From NCBI GenBank assembly GCA_025057645.1, contig JANXBJ010000006.1, positions 8,142 through 72,141 of the forward strand: DNA of 64,000 nt, given 5' to 3'. The notes beneath the pieces are model-generated. The model saw only the letters and a list, made by a program, of their open reading frames with translations. It was not told the origin of the DNA and searched no databases. Within the stretch, counting starts at the first letter, position 1. Each line of letters opens with the position of its first letter. This document shows positions 1-9,015 of the stretch, in pieces. Source of the DNA: Anaerolineales bacterium. Lineage in GTDB: Bacteria > Chloroflexota > Anaerolineae > Anaerolineales > UBA4823. The position numbers and the translations under genes were made by a program.

Positions 1-201
1 TCGGAAAGGACCAAAATCATCTTTCTTTCGAAGTTGCCCCAGCTTGGAAATGTATTGCCTTTCGGCTCGGCGCTCTTGCGGAGAAACTCACCCACCGCAT
101 CGATCTCCTTTATCATATCGAGAGAGATGTCTACGACGGGAGCGACATCCTCCGACTCAACGTGCGCGATCTTAAACCCTCAAAACTCTGAGAATGCCTT
201 T

Positions 202-885
202 TCAATCCACAAAGCGATACTTCACCAGTGCCCACAATGCCTCGAAGGCGTCCTTCATCCTGATCTTTTTGCCCTCAGAATAATCTCGGGGATAGAAAGC
301 AATAGGCACCTCGAAAATACGGGCCTTGCGTTTTAAGATTTTGGCTGTAAACTCGGGTTCAAAATCGAACCGTCTGGCGCGCAACGGTATTCCTTCAATA
401 ACTTCACGGCGAAAGACCTTATAGCCCGTTTCCATGTCTGTAAGAATGTTGTTGTACAAAATGTTGGTCACCAAGGTTAAGATTTTATTGGCAACCATGT
501 TCCAGAACAAAATCGGTCGCCGTGGCGCACCCAGAAACCGCGATCCATATACTACATCTGCGACCCCCTCCTGGATTGGCTTGAGAAGATTTGGATACTC
601 ACGGGGATCATATTCCAAATCGGCATCCTGGATGATGATGATATCACCCTGAACTTCCTTCAGCCCTGTTCGGATCGCTGCCCCCTTCCCTTGATTCCGT
701 TGATGAAAGACCACCCGAAACTGATCTCGACATATATAGCTTTCTAAAATTTCTCGCGTGCCATCGGTAGAACCGTCATCTACAATAATGATTTCATCGG
801 CAATTCCCATCCGCTGAACCCGCCTTAGGATTTCTTCGATGGTCTTTCTCTCGTTGTAAACAGGCACAATCACGGAAACCTTCAT
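202..885 (-). CDS. Family 2 glycosyltransferase (polyprenol-phosphate sugar synthase-like)
   Basis: 227-aa ORF with VIVPVYNE, IIVDDGSTDGT and QDADLEYDP (DxD) motifs typical of GT2 enzymes. Confidence 0.9.
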   Translation of the reverse strand: MKVSVIVPVYNERKTIEEILRRVQRMGIADEIIIVDDGSTDGTREILESYICRDQFRVVFHQRNQGKGAAIRTGLKEVQGDIIIIQDADLEYDPREYPNLLKPIQEGVADVVYGSRFLGAPRRPILFWNMVANKILTLVTNILYNNILTDMETGYKVFRREVIEGIPLRARRFDFEPEFTAKILKRKARIFEVPIAFYPRDYSEGKKIRMKDAFEALWALVKYRFVD

Positions 886-892
886 GCGTCTG

Positions 893-898
893 ATTATA
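893..898 (-). promoter_or_regulatory. -10 box TATAAT, 7 nt upstream of the GT2 ATG (leaderless-type promoter)
   Basis: Reverse complement of attata at 893-898. Only 7 nt (cagacgc) separate it from the ATG at 885, with no Shine-Dalgarno. Confidence 0.45.
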
Positions 899-939
899 CT
901 CGTATTGTCTCCAGAGGTCTCTTCAAATTGTCCAGAGCA

Positions 940-976
940 ACAAAAAAGTAAACCTACCTCGGTTAGGTGAGTTTAC
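940..976 (-). terminator. Intrinsic terminator-like hairpin plus U6 on the minus strand
   Basis: 948-976 folds as about 11 bp (GTAAAC/GTTTAC plus TACCT/AGGTG, 5-nt loop). A6 at 942-947 becomes U6 directly 3' of the hairpin in the minus sense. Confidence 0.55.
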
Positions 977-1055
977 CCGCCGAAAAATGGGGTAACGGTA
1001 AACCTAAGTGAGCGCAAAGAAGCCGCCTTTGACGAAAACTCGTCCTATCCGAAGG

Positions 1056-1092
1056 GGCTCGCCAGCTCCGATAAGAGCTCAGCTGGCGAGCC
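1056..1092. repeat. Perfect 12-bp inverted repeat GGCTCGCCAGCT-N13-AGCTGGCGAGCC
   Basis: Read directly from the sequence. It lies in the divergent intergenic region between the GT2 and AAA+ genes. Confidence 0.9.
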
Positions 1093-1115
1093 TATCTGCG
1101 TCAAGCAGAACGACA

Positions 1116-1124
1116 TGCTATAAT
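1116..1124 (+). promoter_or_regulatory. Extended -10 (TGcTATAAT) for the AAA+ ATPase operon
   Basis: TGCTATAAT lies about 29 nt upstream of the ATG at 1153, and a GAAGGAG Shine-Dalgarno follows. Confidence 0.45.
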
Positions 1125-1152
1125 CAATATCGAAGATAGAAGGAGTGCGGGC

Positions 1153-2499
1153 ATGACTCTTCTACGCTCGAAGACCGAGGTCAGCACAAATCCACCGCAA
1201 CCTGCAGCAGCTTTCGTCCCTTCCCCGATCACCACGATTGAGGACACCGGTTTATCCCCTCTATGGCTGCAGGACCTCATCCTAAAAATCCTTTACTTCC
1301 AAGGCTACCTGAGCGGCTTCAAAATCGCTGAGGAGATCGCTTTGCCTTTCACCGGTATTGTTGACCAAATGATGGAGGCGTTGAAAAGAGACAAACTAGT
1401 CGAGGTAAAATCCTCACAACAAATGGGGCTAGGAGAAGGCTCGTATATCTACGGCATTACAGGACTAGGGATCACCCGCGCGCGTGAAGCGCTGGAACGC
1501 AGTCAGTATGCCGGACCTGCGCCGGTCCCGATCAAGACGTACAACATAGCAATCCTTCGCCAAAGTCGTGTCAAATCCTATTTTACGGCCTCCCTGCTTC
1601 GGCAGGCCCTTTCGGCTCTTGTGATCAACGAGCGAACGCTACAGCGCATAGGACCGGCGGTGAATTCAGGCACTTCTGTATTCCTTTATGGTCCGCCGGG
1701 CAACGGCAAAACTAGCATCGCTCGCAGCATCGGCAACATGATTCTCCAAGACACAATGTACATCCCTTATGCTGTCTATGTCGATGGCCAAGTGATCAAA
1801 CTTTTCGACAATGTCAACCACCAACTAGCCCGCGAAGAGAACACCACCGCAGTCGGGACGGGAACGCTCAAATCGACTGGAAAGCGCGACCCGCGCTGGA
1901 TCAAGATTCGCCGCCCCTTTATTGTGACTGGGGGCGAGTTGAACATGGAAAGCCTCGACTTGGTCTATGACGACACTAACAAATACTATGAAGCTCCTTT
2001 CCAAATGAAAGCCAACGGCGGCATTTTGCTCATTGACGATTTCGGCCGCCAACAGATCCGCCCGCGCGATTTGCTGAACCGCTGGATCGTCCCTCTCGAG
2101 AATCGGATAGATTATCTTACTCTAAAAACGGGGCGGAAAGTTGAAATCCCCTTTGATGTGATGGTGATCTTTTCTACCAACTTACCTCCGCGCGATTTGG
2201 TCGATGAAGCCTTCCTAAGAAGACTACGTCACAAAATTGAGATCGGCGATCCTTCCTATGATGAGTTCCGCGAAATTTTTAAGCGCACGGCTTCTATTAA
2301 GGGAGTGATTTACAGCGACCAAGGGCTAGCTTACCTACTCCAAGAGTGGTATATCAAGCGCGGACGTAAGCTGCGCGCCTCCCACCCACGAGATATATGC
2401 GATCAGATCTTGGATATCTCGCGCTACCTCGGAGTGGAACCGGTAATGTCAAAGGAGTTAATTGACCGAGCAGCCGAGTCCTACTTCGTGGACATCTAA
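1153..2499 (+). CDS. AAA+ ATPase with an N-terminal winged-helix-like domain (family not recognised)
   Basis: Walker A GPPGNGKTS, Walker B ILLIDDFGRQ, and a sensor/arginine region DEAFLRRLRHKI. The first ~150 aa are non-ATPase. Confidence 0.8.
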   Translation: MTLLRSKTEVSTNPPQPAAAFVPSPITTIEDTGLSPLWLQDLILKILYFQGYLSGFKIAEEIALPFTGIVDQMMEALKRDKLVEVKSSQQMGLGEGSYIYGITGLGITRAREALERSQYAGPAPVPIKTYNIAILRQSRVKSYFTASLLRQALSALVINERTLQRIGPAVNSGTSVFLYGPPGNGKTSIARSIGNMILQDTMYIPYAVYVDGQVIKLFDNVNHQLAREENTTAVGTGTLKSTGKRDPRWIKIRRPFIVTGGELNMESLDLVYDDTNKYYEAPFQMKANGGILLIDDFGRQQIRPRDLLNRWIVPLENRIDYLTLKTGRKVEIPFDVMVIFSTNLPPRDLVDEAFLRRLRHKIEIGDPSYDEFREIFKRTASIKGVIYSDQGLAYLLQEWYIKRGRKLRASHPRDICDQILDISRYLGVEPVMSKELIDRAAESYFVDI

Positions 2500-2541
2500 C
2501 TATATAACTAAAGGACTCACTCACCTTCGCCTCAGCTCGCC

Positions 2542-3345
2542 ATGATCGATAAGACGCAGAATCGACTTTACACCCTCAAGCGCCCGGTTATCTTCGCCCA
2601 TCGGGGCGCTAGCGCCTACGCTCCGGAAAACACTCTTGCAGCCTTTGAACTGGCCATTAAGCAGAACACCCCGGCGGTCGAGCTTGATGTCATGTTGACC
2701 AAAGACCAAAAGGTCGTTGTATTTCACGACTTGAGTATAGAAAGGGTGACCGGCATCAAAGGGAACATCCGCCAAATGACCCTAGCCGAGGTCAAAAAGC
2801 TGGATGTAGGCAGCTACTTTGACTCGGCTTTCGAGGGAGAAAGAATCCCTACTCTTGAAGAGGTATTTGACTTCATTAGGGACAAGCTTCTCATCAACAT
2901 TGAGCTAAAGAATTACCTGACTCCTTTTGATCCCCTACCCGAATTAGTAGCTAGCCTGGTCGAAAAGTGGCAGCTCCAAGCCAGTGTGTTTTTCTCTTCT
3001 TTCAACCCAATTGCCCTGATTCGGATCAAAAGACAGTTACCCCAAGTGCCAATCGCTCTCCTAGCCCCAGAAGGAAAGCTTGGGTGGCCTGCTCGTTCTC
3101 GGCTGGGTGAACTTTGCCGATATCAAGCCATCCACCCTCACTATTCAGATGTGAACGCAAAGTTCATAGCCCTTCACCATCGAAAAGGGCATTTGATCAA
3201 CGCTTACACGGTTAACAACGTTTCGACCATGCGTTTGCTTTTTGATTTGGGTGTTGACGGAGTCTTCACTGACGATCCCCCGCTAGCCCAAACCTTGCTG
3301 AACACCCTTCATTACCCCGGGGAAAGGAAAAATGATTCCTCCTGA
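2542..3345 (+). CDS. Glycerophosphodiester phosphodiesterase
   Basis: The N-terminal FAHRGASAYAPENTLAAF motif and overall GDPD layout; 267 aa. Confidence 0.85.
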   Translation: MIDKTQNRLYTLKRPVIFAHRGASAYAPENTLAAFELAIKQNTPAVELDVMLTKDQKVVVFHDLSIERVTGIKGNIRQMTLAEVKKLDVGSYFDSAFEGERIPTLEEVFDFIRDKLLINIELKNYLTPFDPLPELVASLVEKWQLQASVFFSSFNPIALIRIKRQLPQVPIALLAPEGKLGWPARSRLGELCRYQAIHPHYSDVNAKFIALHHRKGHLINAYTVNNVSTMRLLFDLGVDGVFTDDPPLAQTLLNTLHYPGERKNDSS

Positions 3346-4285
3346 GTGGATTCAGGCTGCATCCCGGCGAGTTTCGCCTTATATCCGTAGGACACCGATT
3401 ACCTACGACCCTAGCCTAAAAGTCTTTCTGAAATGGGAAAACCAACAGAAAACGGGCTCTTTTAAGTTACGCGGCGCTCTGAATAAAGTGCTTTCGCTTT
3501 CCGATCGGGAGCGCCAACCCGGAGTGGTTGCTGCTTCTGCAGGTAACCACGGCGCAGGAGTCGCCTTTGCCTGCAGGACTGTTGGGATCAGAGCCCACAT
3601 CTTCGTCCCAAAGTCCGCAACTCAGGTCAAAGTATCAACTATCCGGGATCTCGGTGCGGAAGTAACTCTTGTCGAGGGAGGCTATACAGAAGCCGAGCAA
3701 TTTGCCATCCAATATGCCAGAGACTCCCAAAAGCCTTACCTCTCTCCCTATAACGATGGACAGGTGATCGCCGGACAAGCCACTCTGGCTTTCGAACTCT
3801 TGGAAGAATTACCCAATGAAGCTAAGGCTTGGCTTGCTCCTGTCAGCGGCGGAGGCCTAATTGGCGGTATTGGAGCCGGATTGCGTGCTTTCTCCCCAAA
3901 GGTTTCCCCTTTTCCGCAACTGATCGGTGTCCAGTCCGAAGCTTCTCCCTACATGGAACGAATCTATTACACAGGAAGCCAAGACCATGTAGTCGAATTA
4001 CCCAGCCTCGCCGACGGGCTGGCCGGCGCAGTTGAACCTAATTCGATCACAATCCCGCTCGTAAAGGAGTATGTCGACTCGATTCTCCTCGTCAGCGAGG
4101 AGGAGATCTGCGAAGCAATTCGCTATGCCTGGCTTTTCTACCATCAAGTCATCGAGGGCTCTGCAGCAGTCGTCCTTGCGGCAATTCTGAGCGGAAAAAT
4201 TCGACAACGCCCCGCTCTCTTGATTATATCGGGCGGGAATATCGACTTAGAGCTTCATCGTTCGATCGTGGAGAACCGAAAATGA
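3332..4285 (+). CDS. PLP-dependent threonine/serine dehydratase-like enzyme (no ACT domain)
   Basis: SFKLRGA (PLP lysine) and ASAGNHG motifs, plus a glycine-rich GGGLIGG loop. It overlaps the upstream gene by 14 nt. Confidence 0.8.
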   Translation: MIPPEWIQAASRRVSPYIRRTPITYDPSLKVFLKWENQQKTGSFKLRGALNKVLSLSDRERQPGVVAASAGNHGAGVAFACRTVGIRAHIFVPKSATQVKVSTIRDLGAEVTLVEGGYTEAEQFAIQYARDSQKPYLSPYNDGQVIAGQATLAFELLEELPNEAKAWLAPVSGGGLIGGIGAGLRAFSPKVSPFPQLIGVQSEASPYMERIYYTGSQDHVVELPSLADGLAGAVEPNSITIPLVKEYVDSILLVSEEEICEAIRYAWLFYHQVIEGSAAVVLAAILSGKIRQRPALLIISGGNIDLELHRSIVENRK

Positions 4286-5112
4286 AGCCACCTACCCCAG
4301 ATGAAATCATGGTCGTCTGCATGGCAAGACAAGTGCAAGATGGCGAGGTCGTAGCTCAAGGGATTGCGACACCGCTTGTTGCTGCGGCCTACTTACTTGC
4401 CAGGCATACCCACGCTCCAAACTTGTACTTTGCCTCGGCCATTGGACAAAGCATTTGTCGCGACCCGGCGCCCTTAGGTCTTTCCACGATCGAAGGGCTG
4501 TGGCTAGATCATGCTTTGGTTAGCGTGGGCTTTGCGCGCGCAGCCGCCGAAATCTTACCTACTTTGAAACCAAAAGAATTCTTTCGCCCCGCCCAAGTTG
4601 ACCGCTATGGAAACTTTAACAACGTAGGGCTGGGAAAAGAAATCCTCGGCCGAGAACGTCCTCAATATCGTCTCAGGCTGCCCGGCACGGGCGGTATTCC
4701 CGATGTTACCACCTTTATCAGTGACATCTACCTATATGTGCCTCGGCACTCCAAGGTGACCTTTGTAGAACGAGTGGACGTCTGCTCTGGACTAGGGCAT
4801 TCGCCTGCAAGAAAAAGGGGCAAAGGAGCGGTATATCTCGTTTCCGACTTAGGCCAATTCGACTTTTTCAATGGACAAATGCGTCTGGTCACAACCCATC
4901 CCGGCGTGAGCGTCGAGCAGATTCAACGCCAAACCGGATTTCCTCTCGAGGTCTCACCCGACCTCAGCGAAACCCCTCTGCCCAGCGAAGAAGAGCTAGC
5001 TCTACTGCGCAACCAAATCGACCCTCTGGGGATCCGCAAGTTGGAACTTCTCAGCGGGGCCGAACGGCGGGAATTGCTTCAGAGCATCTTGGAACAAGAA
5101 CAGTGCTTATGA
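4282..5112 (+). CDS. CoA-transferase beta (B) subunit-like protein
   Basis: The N-terminus (EIMVVCMARQVQDGEVVAQGIATPLV) and length are typical of glutaconate/3-oxoacid CoA-transferase B subunits. ATGA overlap with the upstream gene. Confidence 0.7.
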   Translation: MKPPTPDEIMVVCMARQVQDGEVVAQGIATPLVAAAYLLARHTHAPNLYFASAIGQSICRDPAPLGLSTIEGLWLDHALVSVGFARAAAEILPTLKPKEFFRPAQVDRYGNFNNVGLGKEILGRERPQYRLRLPGTGGIPDVTTFISDIYLYVPRHSKVTFVERVDVCSGLGHSPARKRGKGAVYLVSDLGQFDFFNGQMRLVTTHPGVSVEQIQRQTGFPLEVSPDLSETPLPSEEELALLRNQIDPLGIRKLELLSGAERRELLQSILEQEQCL

Positions 5113-7937
5113 GACGCTCTCACCCGAGTGCTTACTTTCTCATTATTTGTCTCTCGCTAATACTTCAAGCTTTTTTGGGCTACGGATCAAGAAGCGCTCA
5201 AACTACCACCCCTGAAGAACAGGCTTATGCCCTACTCGAGCGATTAACCCCTGCCGAAAGAGTGGGGCAACTTTTCCTCGTTTCTTTCAGGGGTTCGACC
5301 GTGACCGAAGCCGACCCCATTTATACTCTGATCACCCAATATAAAGTGGGCGGTGTGGTGCTTTCCGCAGCAAACGACAATTTTACCCAAGTGGAAAATC
5401 TCCCCGAGCAGACTCAGAACCTAATCCGTACCCTCCAACTGTTCAACGCTCAACCCTCAACCCAAACCCTGACCAGCACTGCTTCTGGCCTTCCTGGGGA
5501 GTATATCCCACTATTCATCGGAATCGCCCAGGAAGGAGGTGGCCCCCCCTACGACCAAATCTTCAATGGAGTGACCACTCTACCCGATGCAATGGCTATT
5601 GGAGCTACCTGGAATCCCGAGCTATCCCGCCAAGTCGGAGAGGTCATGGGGAAAGAGCTATCCGCTCTGGGCTTTAATCTTCTCTTTGGTCCGGCTCTGG
5701 ATGTTCTGGAGACCCCGCGTCTCGAGGGTCAAGTTGACTTGGGCACGCGCTCGTTCGGCGGCGACCCCTACTGGGTCAGTGTTTTAGGCAGCGCATACAT
5801 TCGCGGCCTCCACAAGGGAAGCCGGGGCAGAATCGCCGTGATTGCGAAGAACTTCCCCGGCAATGGTGGGGCCGACCGCTCCCCGGAAGTAGAGGTGGCA
5901 ACCGTGCGCAAGTCGCTTGAGGAATTGAAGAACTTCGATCTGTTACCCTTCTTCAATGTAACCGGCTATGCTCAAGAAGAGACTTCTAGAGCAGATGGCT
6001 TACTAGCTGCCCACATCCGCTATCAGGGTTTTCAAGAAAACATTCGTGCCACAACCCGTCCAATTAGTCTAGATCCCGAGGCCTTTAGGCTCTTGATGAA
6101 CCTTCCCCCAATTGCTGCTTGGCGCGAAGCGGGGGGTTTGATGGTCTGCGAAAATCTCTCTGCCCCAGCGGTGCGGAATTTCTATCAACTCAACAACGAG
6201 AAATTCGATGCGCGCTTGGTCGCCCTAAATGCCTTTCTTTCCGGCAACGACTTGATCCATCTCGGAAACATTCTCTCGGATGGCGATCCAGACTCCTATA
6301 TCAGCACTCAACGGGTCATTGAATTCTTTCGCCAGCGGTATATTGATGATGTGGCCTTTGCTCAGAGAGTGGATCAAGCCGTCTTACGCATCCTTACTCT
6401 CAAGTATCGTCTTTACCCCGAATTTGACCCCAACACTGTTCTCCCTTCTCTCGGTTCGGTGGAACAGATTGGCCAGAGTCAACAGGTCACAATCGAGGTG
6501 ACCCGCCAAGCCGCTACACTGATTAGCCCCAGACCAGAAGAACTCCCTAGTAACCTCCCCAATCCACCCAGAATCAACGATCGCTTGGTGATCTTCACCG
6601 ATGTTCGCACCCATCAGCAATGCTCCCAGTGTCCCTCTCAGGCACTGATCGGAATGAATGACTTAGCCGACCAGATCAAACGGCTATATGGTCCTCAAGG
6701 CAGCGGACAAATTTGGTCCTCCAACTTGGTTTCCTACTCATTTGAAGACTTGACACTCATGCTCAACAAGAGCCCAGAAGCCCCTCCCATAGAGAGTTCA
6801 CTCAAGGCAGCCTCATGGATTGTCTTTGCAATGCTCAATGTGGACAAAAACATCCCCGCTTCTCAGGCCCTGCAGCGGTTCTTGACCGAGCGACCCGATC
6901 TCTTTCAACAAAAGAAGATCGTAGTCTTTGCCTTTAAGGCCCCCTACTACCTTGACGCCACCGATGTCTCCAAATTGAGCGCATATTACGGGCTATACAG
7001 CGCTACTCCCTCCGCTGTCGAAACAGCGGCTCGTTTACTCTTCAAAGAACTTATCCCCCAAGGAGCGTTGCCGGTTTCAGTGCCCGGAGTCGGTTACGAC
7101 CTGATCACTGCCACTTCTCCCGATCCAAACCAAACGATTTCCCTGTTTATCGACTCGGGCTCAATTAGCGAAACCCCTCTAGCACCCACTCAGAGCGACA
7201 CTCCACAACCCACTCCGACCCCAAGCTTTCGGGTTGGTGATTTCTTACCCATCCGCACGGGAGTTATCTTAGACCACAACGGTAATCCTGTACCAGATGG
7301 CACTCCGGTGCATCTTATCATCAGCGCTTCGGGAGAGTTGGTCAGTTTACCCCAACCTGTAACCACTCAAAACGGCATAGCCCGAGCCACAATCAAGCTG
7401 ACCAGCCCCGGCATCTGGGAAATTCGCGCCGAAAGCTATCCTGCGAAGCAGTCGGACATCATCCGCCTAGAAATCCCCAAAGAGGAAGTGCAATTGATCA
7501 CTATTATCACTCCCACGGAGCCGAGCACAGCCACGCCACTGCCTTCTCCCACTCCGGTCCCTCAGGTCCAAGAAACTCCCATTCCTCCCGCTCCCTCGCC
7601 CACCCTAGACCTGTCCGACTGGTTCCTCAGCTTATTCCTTTCAGCCCTTGTCGGCTACGGAAGCCTGCGCCTCTCCCTAGCGCTCGGGCAAACTCGCACC
7701 GGCGTGCAGAGCGGCTTAGCTGCGATCATCGGGGGGCTCTCTGCCTACTCTTACCTAGCCCTAGACCTACCTGGAAGCCACCAAATTCTTGCGAAAGCCG
7801 GCGCTGTTGGGATCATCCTGATGACCATCCTCGGAGCCAGCATTGGTTTAGCCTTGACTTGGCTACCGCGGGTAATAGGAAGGCATTCGACCCCTTTTTC
7901 TAGCGGGCAAGCGTCAGGATCAAGCTCAATAAGATAA
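5109..7937 (+). CDS. Membrane-anchored GH3 (NagZ-like) domain protein with degenerate catalytic motifs, a Big-like domain and C-terminal TM helices
   Basis: Signal peptide; GH3 N-domain pattern ([27 protein letters not shown]); P/T-rich linkers; three hydrophobic helices at the C-terminus. The ATG at 5109 overlaps the upstream TGA (the ORF opens at GTG 5103). Confidence 0.75.
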   Translation: MRRSHPSAYFLIICLSLILQAFLGYGSRSAQTTTPEEQAYALLERLTPAERVGQLFLVSFRGSTVTEADPIYTLITQYKVGGVVLSAANDNFTQVENLPEQTQNLIRTLQLFNAQPSTQTLTSTASGLPGEYIPLFIGIAQEGGGPPYDQIFNGVTTLPDAMAIGATWNPELSRQVGEVMGKELSALGFNLLFGPALDVLETPRLEGQVDLGTRSFGGDPYWVSVLGSAYIRGLHKGSRGRIAVIAKNFPGNGGADRSPEVEVATVRKSLEELKNFDLLPFFNVTGYAQEETSRADGLLAAHIRYQGFQENIRATTRPISLDPEAFRLLMNLPPIAAWREAGGLMVCENLSAPAVRNFYQLNNEKFDARLVALNAFLSGNDLIHLGNILSDGDPDSYISTQRVIEFFRQRYIDDVAFAQRVDQAVLRILTLKYRLYPEFDPNTVLPSLGSVEQIGQSQQVTIEVTRQAATLISPRPEELPSNLPNPPRINDRLVIFTDVRTHQQCSQCPSQALIGMNDLADQIKRLYGPQGSGQIWSSNLVSYSFEDLTLMLNKSPEAPPIESSLKAASWIVFAMLNVDKNIPASQALQRFLTERPDLFQQKKIVVFAFKAPYYLDATDVSKLSAYYGLYSATPSAVETAARLLFKELIPQGALPVSVPGVGYDLITATSPDPNQTISLFIDSGSISETPLAPTQSDTPQPTPTPSFRVGDFLPIRTGVILDHNGNPVPDGTPVHLIISASGELVSLPQPVTTQNGIARATIKLTSPGIWEIRAESYPAKQSDIIRLEIPKEEVQLITIITPTEPSTATPLPSPTPVPQVQETPIPPAPSPTLDLSDWFLSLFLSALVGYGSLRLSLALGQTRTGVQSGLAAIIGGLSAYSYLALDLPGSHQILAKAGAVGIILMTILGASIGLALTWLPRVIGRHSTPFSSGQASGSSSIR

Positions 7938-8889
7938 CCCCTATAGTGAGGAGCACCAAAGCTACCTCCAGAGGCGAGCTTATCAGATCGAGTAGGGTCG
8001 GTGGAGGCAACCGTACCTTTTGCGAAATCGTTACCTGTTCATCTCCGAGCAAGGCACGACGAAAGGTTTCTACATCGGGAGGGCGATCCTCGGGATGCAA
8101 ACTCATCGCCCATAGGATCGCCCGCTCCGTCCGCACACTGATATCTGGATTAATCTGCCTTGGAGGAATCAGGGAGTCTGGCCGTAAAAATCGCTCATGG
8201 GCTTCTACCGGCGGGGTATTGGTCAGCAGGTGATACAGCGTCGCCCCAAAGGCGTAAATATCGCTACGGGTGTCGGTGTGCCCGGCTTCCCCACCGTATT
8301 GCTCCAGGGGAGTGTAAATCGCAGTTCCCTTGCCCTGAACGATGGTAACCGTCACTTCATCGCTCACTAGCACTTTGACCAATCCGAAATCAACCAGCTT
8401 CAATATCCCGCTAGGGGTATATTTTAGGTTCGAAGGCTTAATATCGCGATGCAAAATCGGAGGATTTTGACCGTGGAGGTAAGCTAGGGCATCTGCTAAT
8501 TGATTAGCCCAAGAGAGCACATCCCTCTCAGAGAGAAACGTGCCCTTTCTCTGCGCCTCTAGCATAATTTGGCGTAAGTCCTTCCCAGGCACGAAATCCA
8601 TAACCAGATAGTCCCTGCCTCCAACCGAAAAATAATCGGACACTTTAGGAAGATTCGGATGGTCTAAGCGGGCTAGAGTGGTTGCCTCGCGCAAAAACTG
8701 CTCCCTTGCCTCTTGAAGAAGCTCGGCCGTCAGGCTGCGATCGTGCACCACTTCCTTGACTGCGCAAAGACGCCCTTCCAAGCGCAAATCATCTGCGAGG
8801 TAGATGCTTCCCATTCCCCCCTGCCCGATGATGCGACGAATTCTATAGCGACTTCTTAATACTTCTCCTGGCCTTAGGGTGGTCGGCAT
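7900..8889 (-). CDS. Ser/Thr protein kinase, tail-anchored (single C-terminal TM, no ectodomain)
   Basis: [20 protein letters not shown] and DFG motifs. The C-terminal [21 protein letters not shown] ends the protein. Confidence 0.9.
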   Translation of the reverse strand: MPTTLRPGEVLRSRYRIRRIIGQGGMGSIYLADDLRLEGRLCAVKEVVHDRSLTAELLQEAREQFLREATTLARLDHPNLPKVSDYFSVGGRDYLVMDFVPGKDLRQIMLEAQRKGTFLSERDVLSWANQLADALAYLHGQNPPILHRDIKPSNLKYTPSGILKLVDFGLVKVLVSDEVTVTIVQGKGTAIYTPLEQYGGEAGHTDTRSDIYAFGATLYHLLTNTPPVEAHERFLRPDSLIPPRQINPDISVRTERAILWAMSLHPEDRPPDVETFRRALLGDEQVTISQKVRLPPPTLLDLISSPLEVALVLLTIGVILLSLILTLAR

Positions 8890-8904
8890 TTTTTACCCGT
8901 GATT

Positions 8905-8939
8905 CTTGACAGAGCCAAGGGGGCTTGCTCACTGTCAAG
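8905..8939. promoter_or_regulatory. Inverted repeat CTTGACAG-N19-CTGTCAAG in the kinase/FHA divergent region
   Basis: Perfect 8-bp arms with an inner CAAG-GGGG-CTTG. It lies 16 nt from the kinase start. Confidence 0.4.
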
Positions 8940-9015
8940 CGCAACTTTTAGAGTCCTACGAAACTCATGCAAAGAGGGCCACCTTGTGTTATTATACACG
9001 CAGAGAAGGAGGTCA

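Noticed and set aside
1-117. Open minus-strand frame running off the left edge (MIKEIDAVGEFLRKSAEPKGNTFPSWGNFERKMILVLS..., with an alternative GTG start at 96 after AAGGAG).
   Set aside because: Only about 39 codons are visible, there is no recognisable motif, and the start is ambiguous. It may be a real partial gene, but there is not enough evidence to call it.
34-336. 100-aa plus-strand ORF at the left edge.
   Set aside because: It is largely antisense to the well-supported GT2 gene, has no ribosome-binding site, and has low-complexity composition.
940-1030. Possible c-di-GMP-I (GEMM) riboswitch, because of GGTAAACC and GAGCGCAAAGAAGCC on the plus strand.
   Set aside because: These only superficially resemble GGCAAACC and GACGCAAAGCC. 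The required P2 hairpin with a GNRA loop between them is missing, and the terminator is on the opposite strand. It is kept as an unclassified structured element instead.
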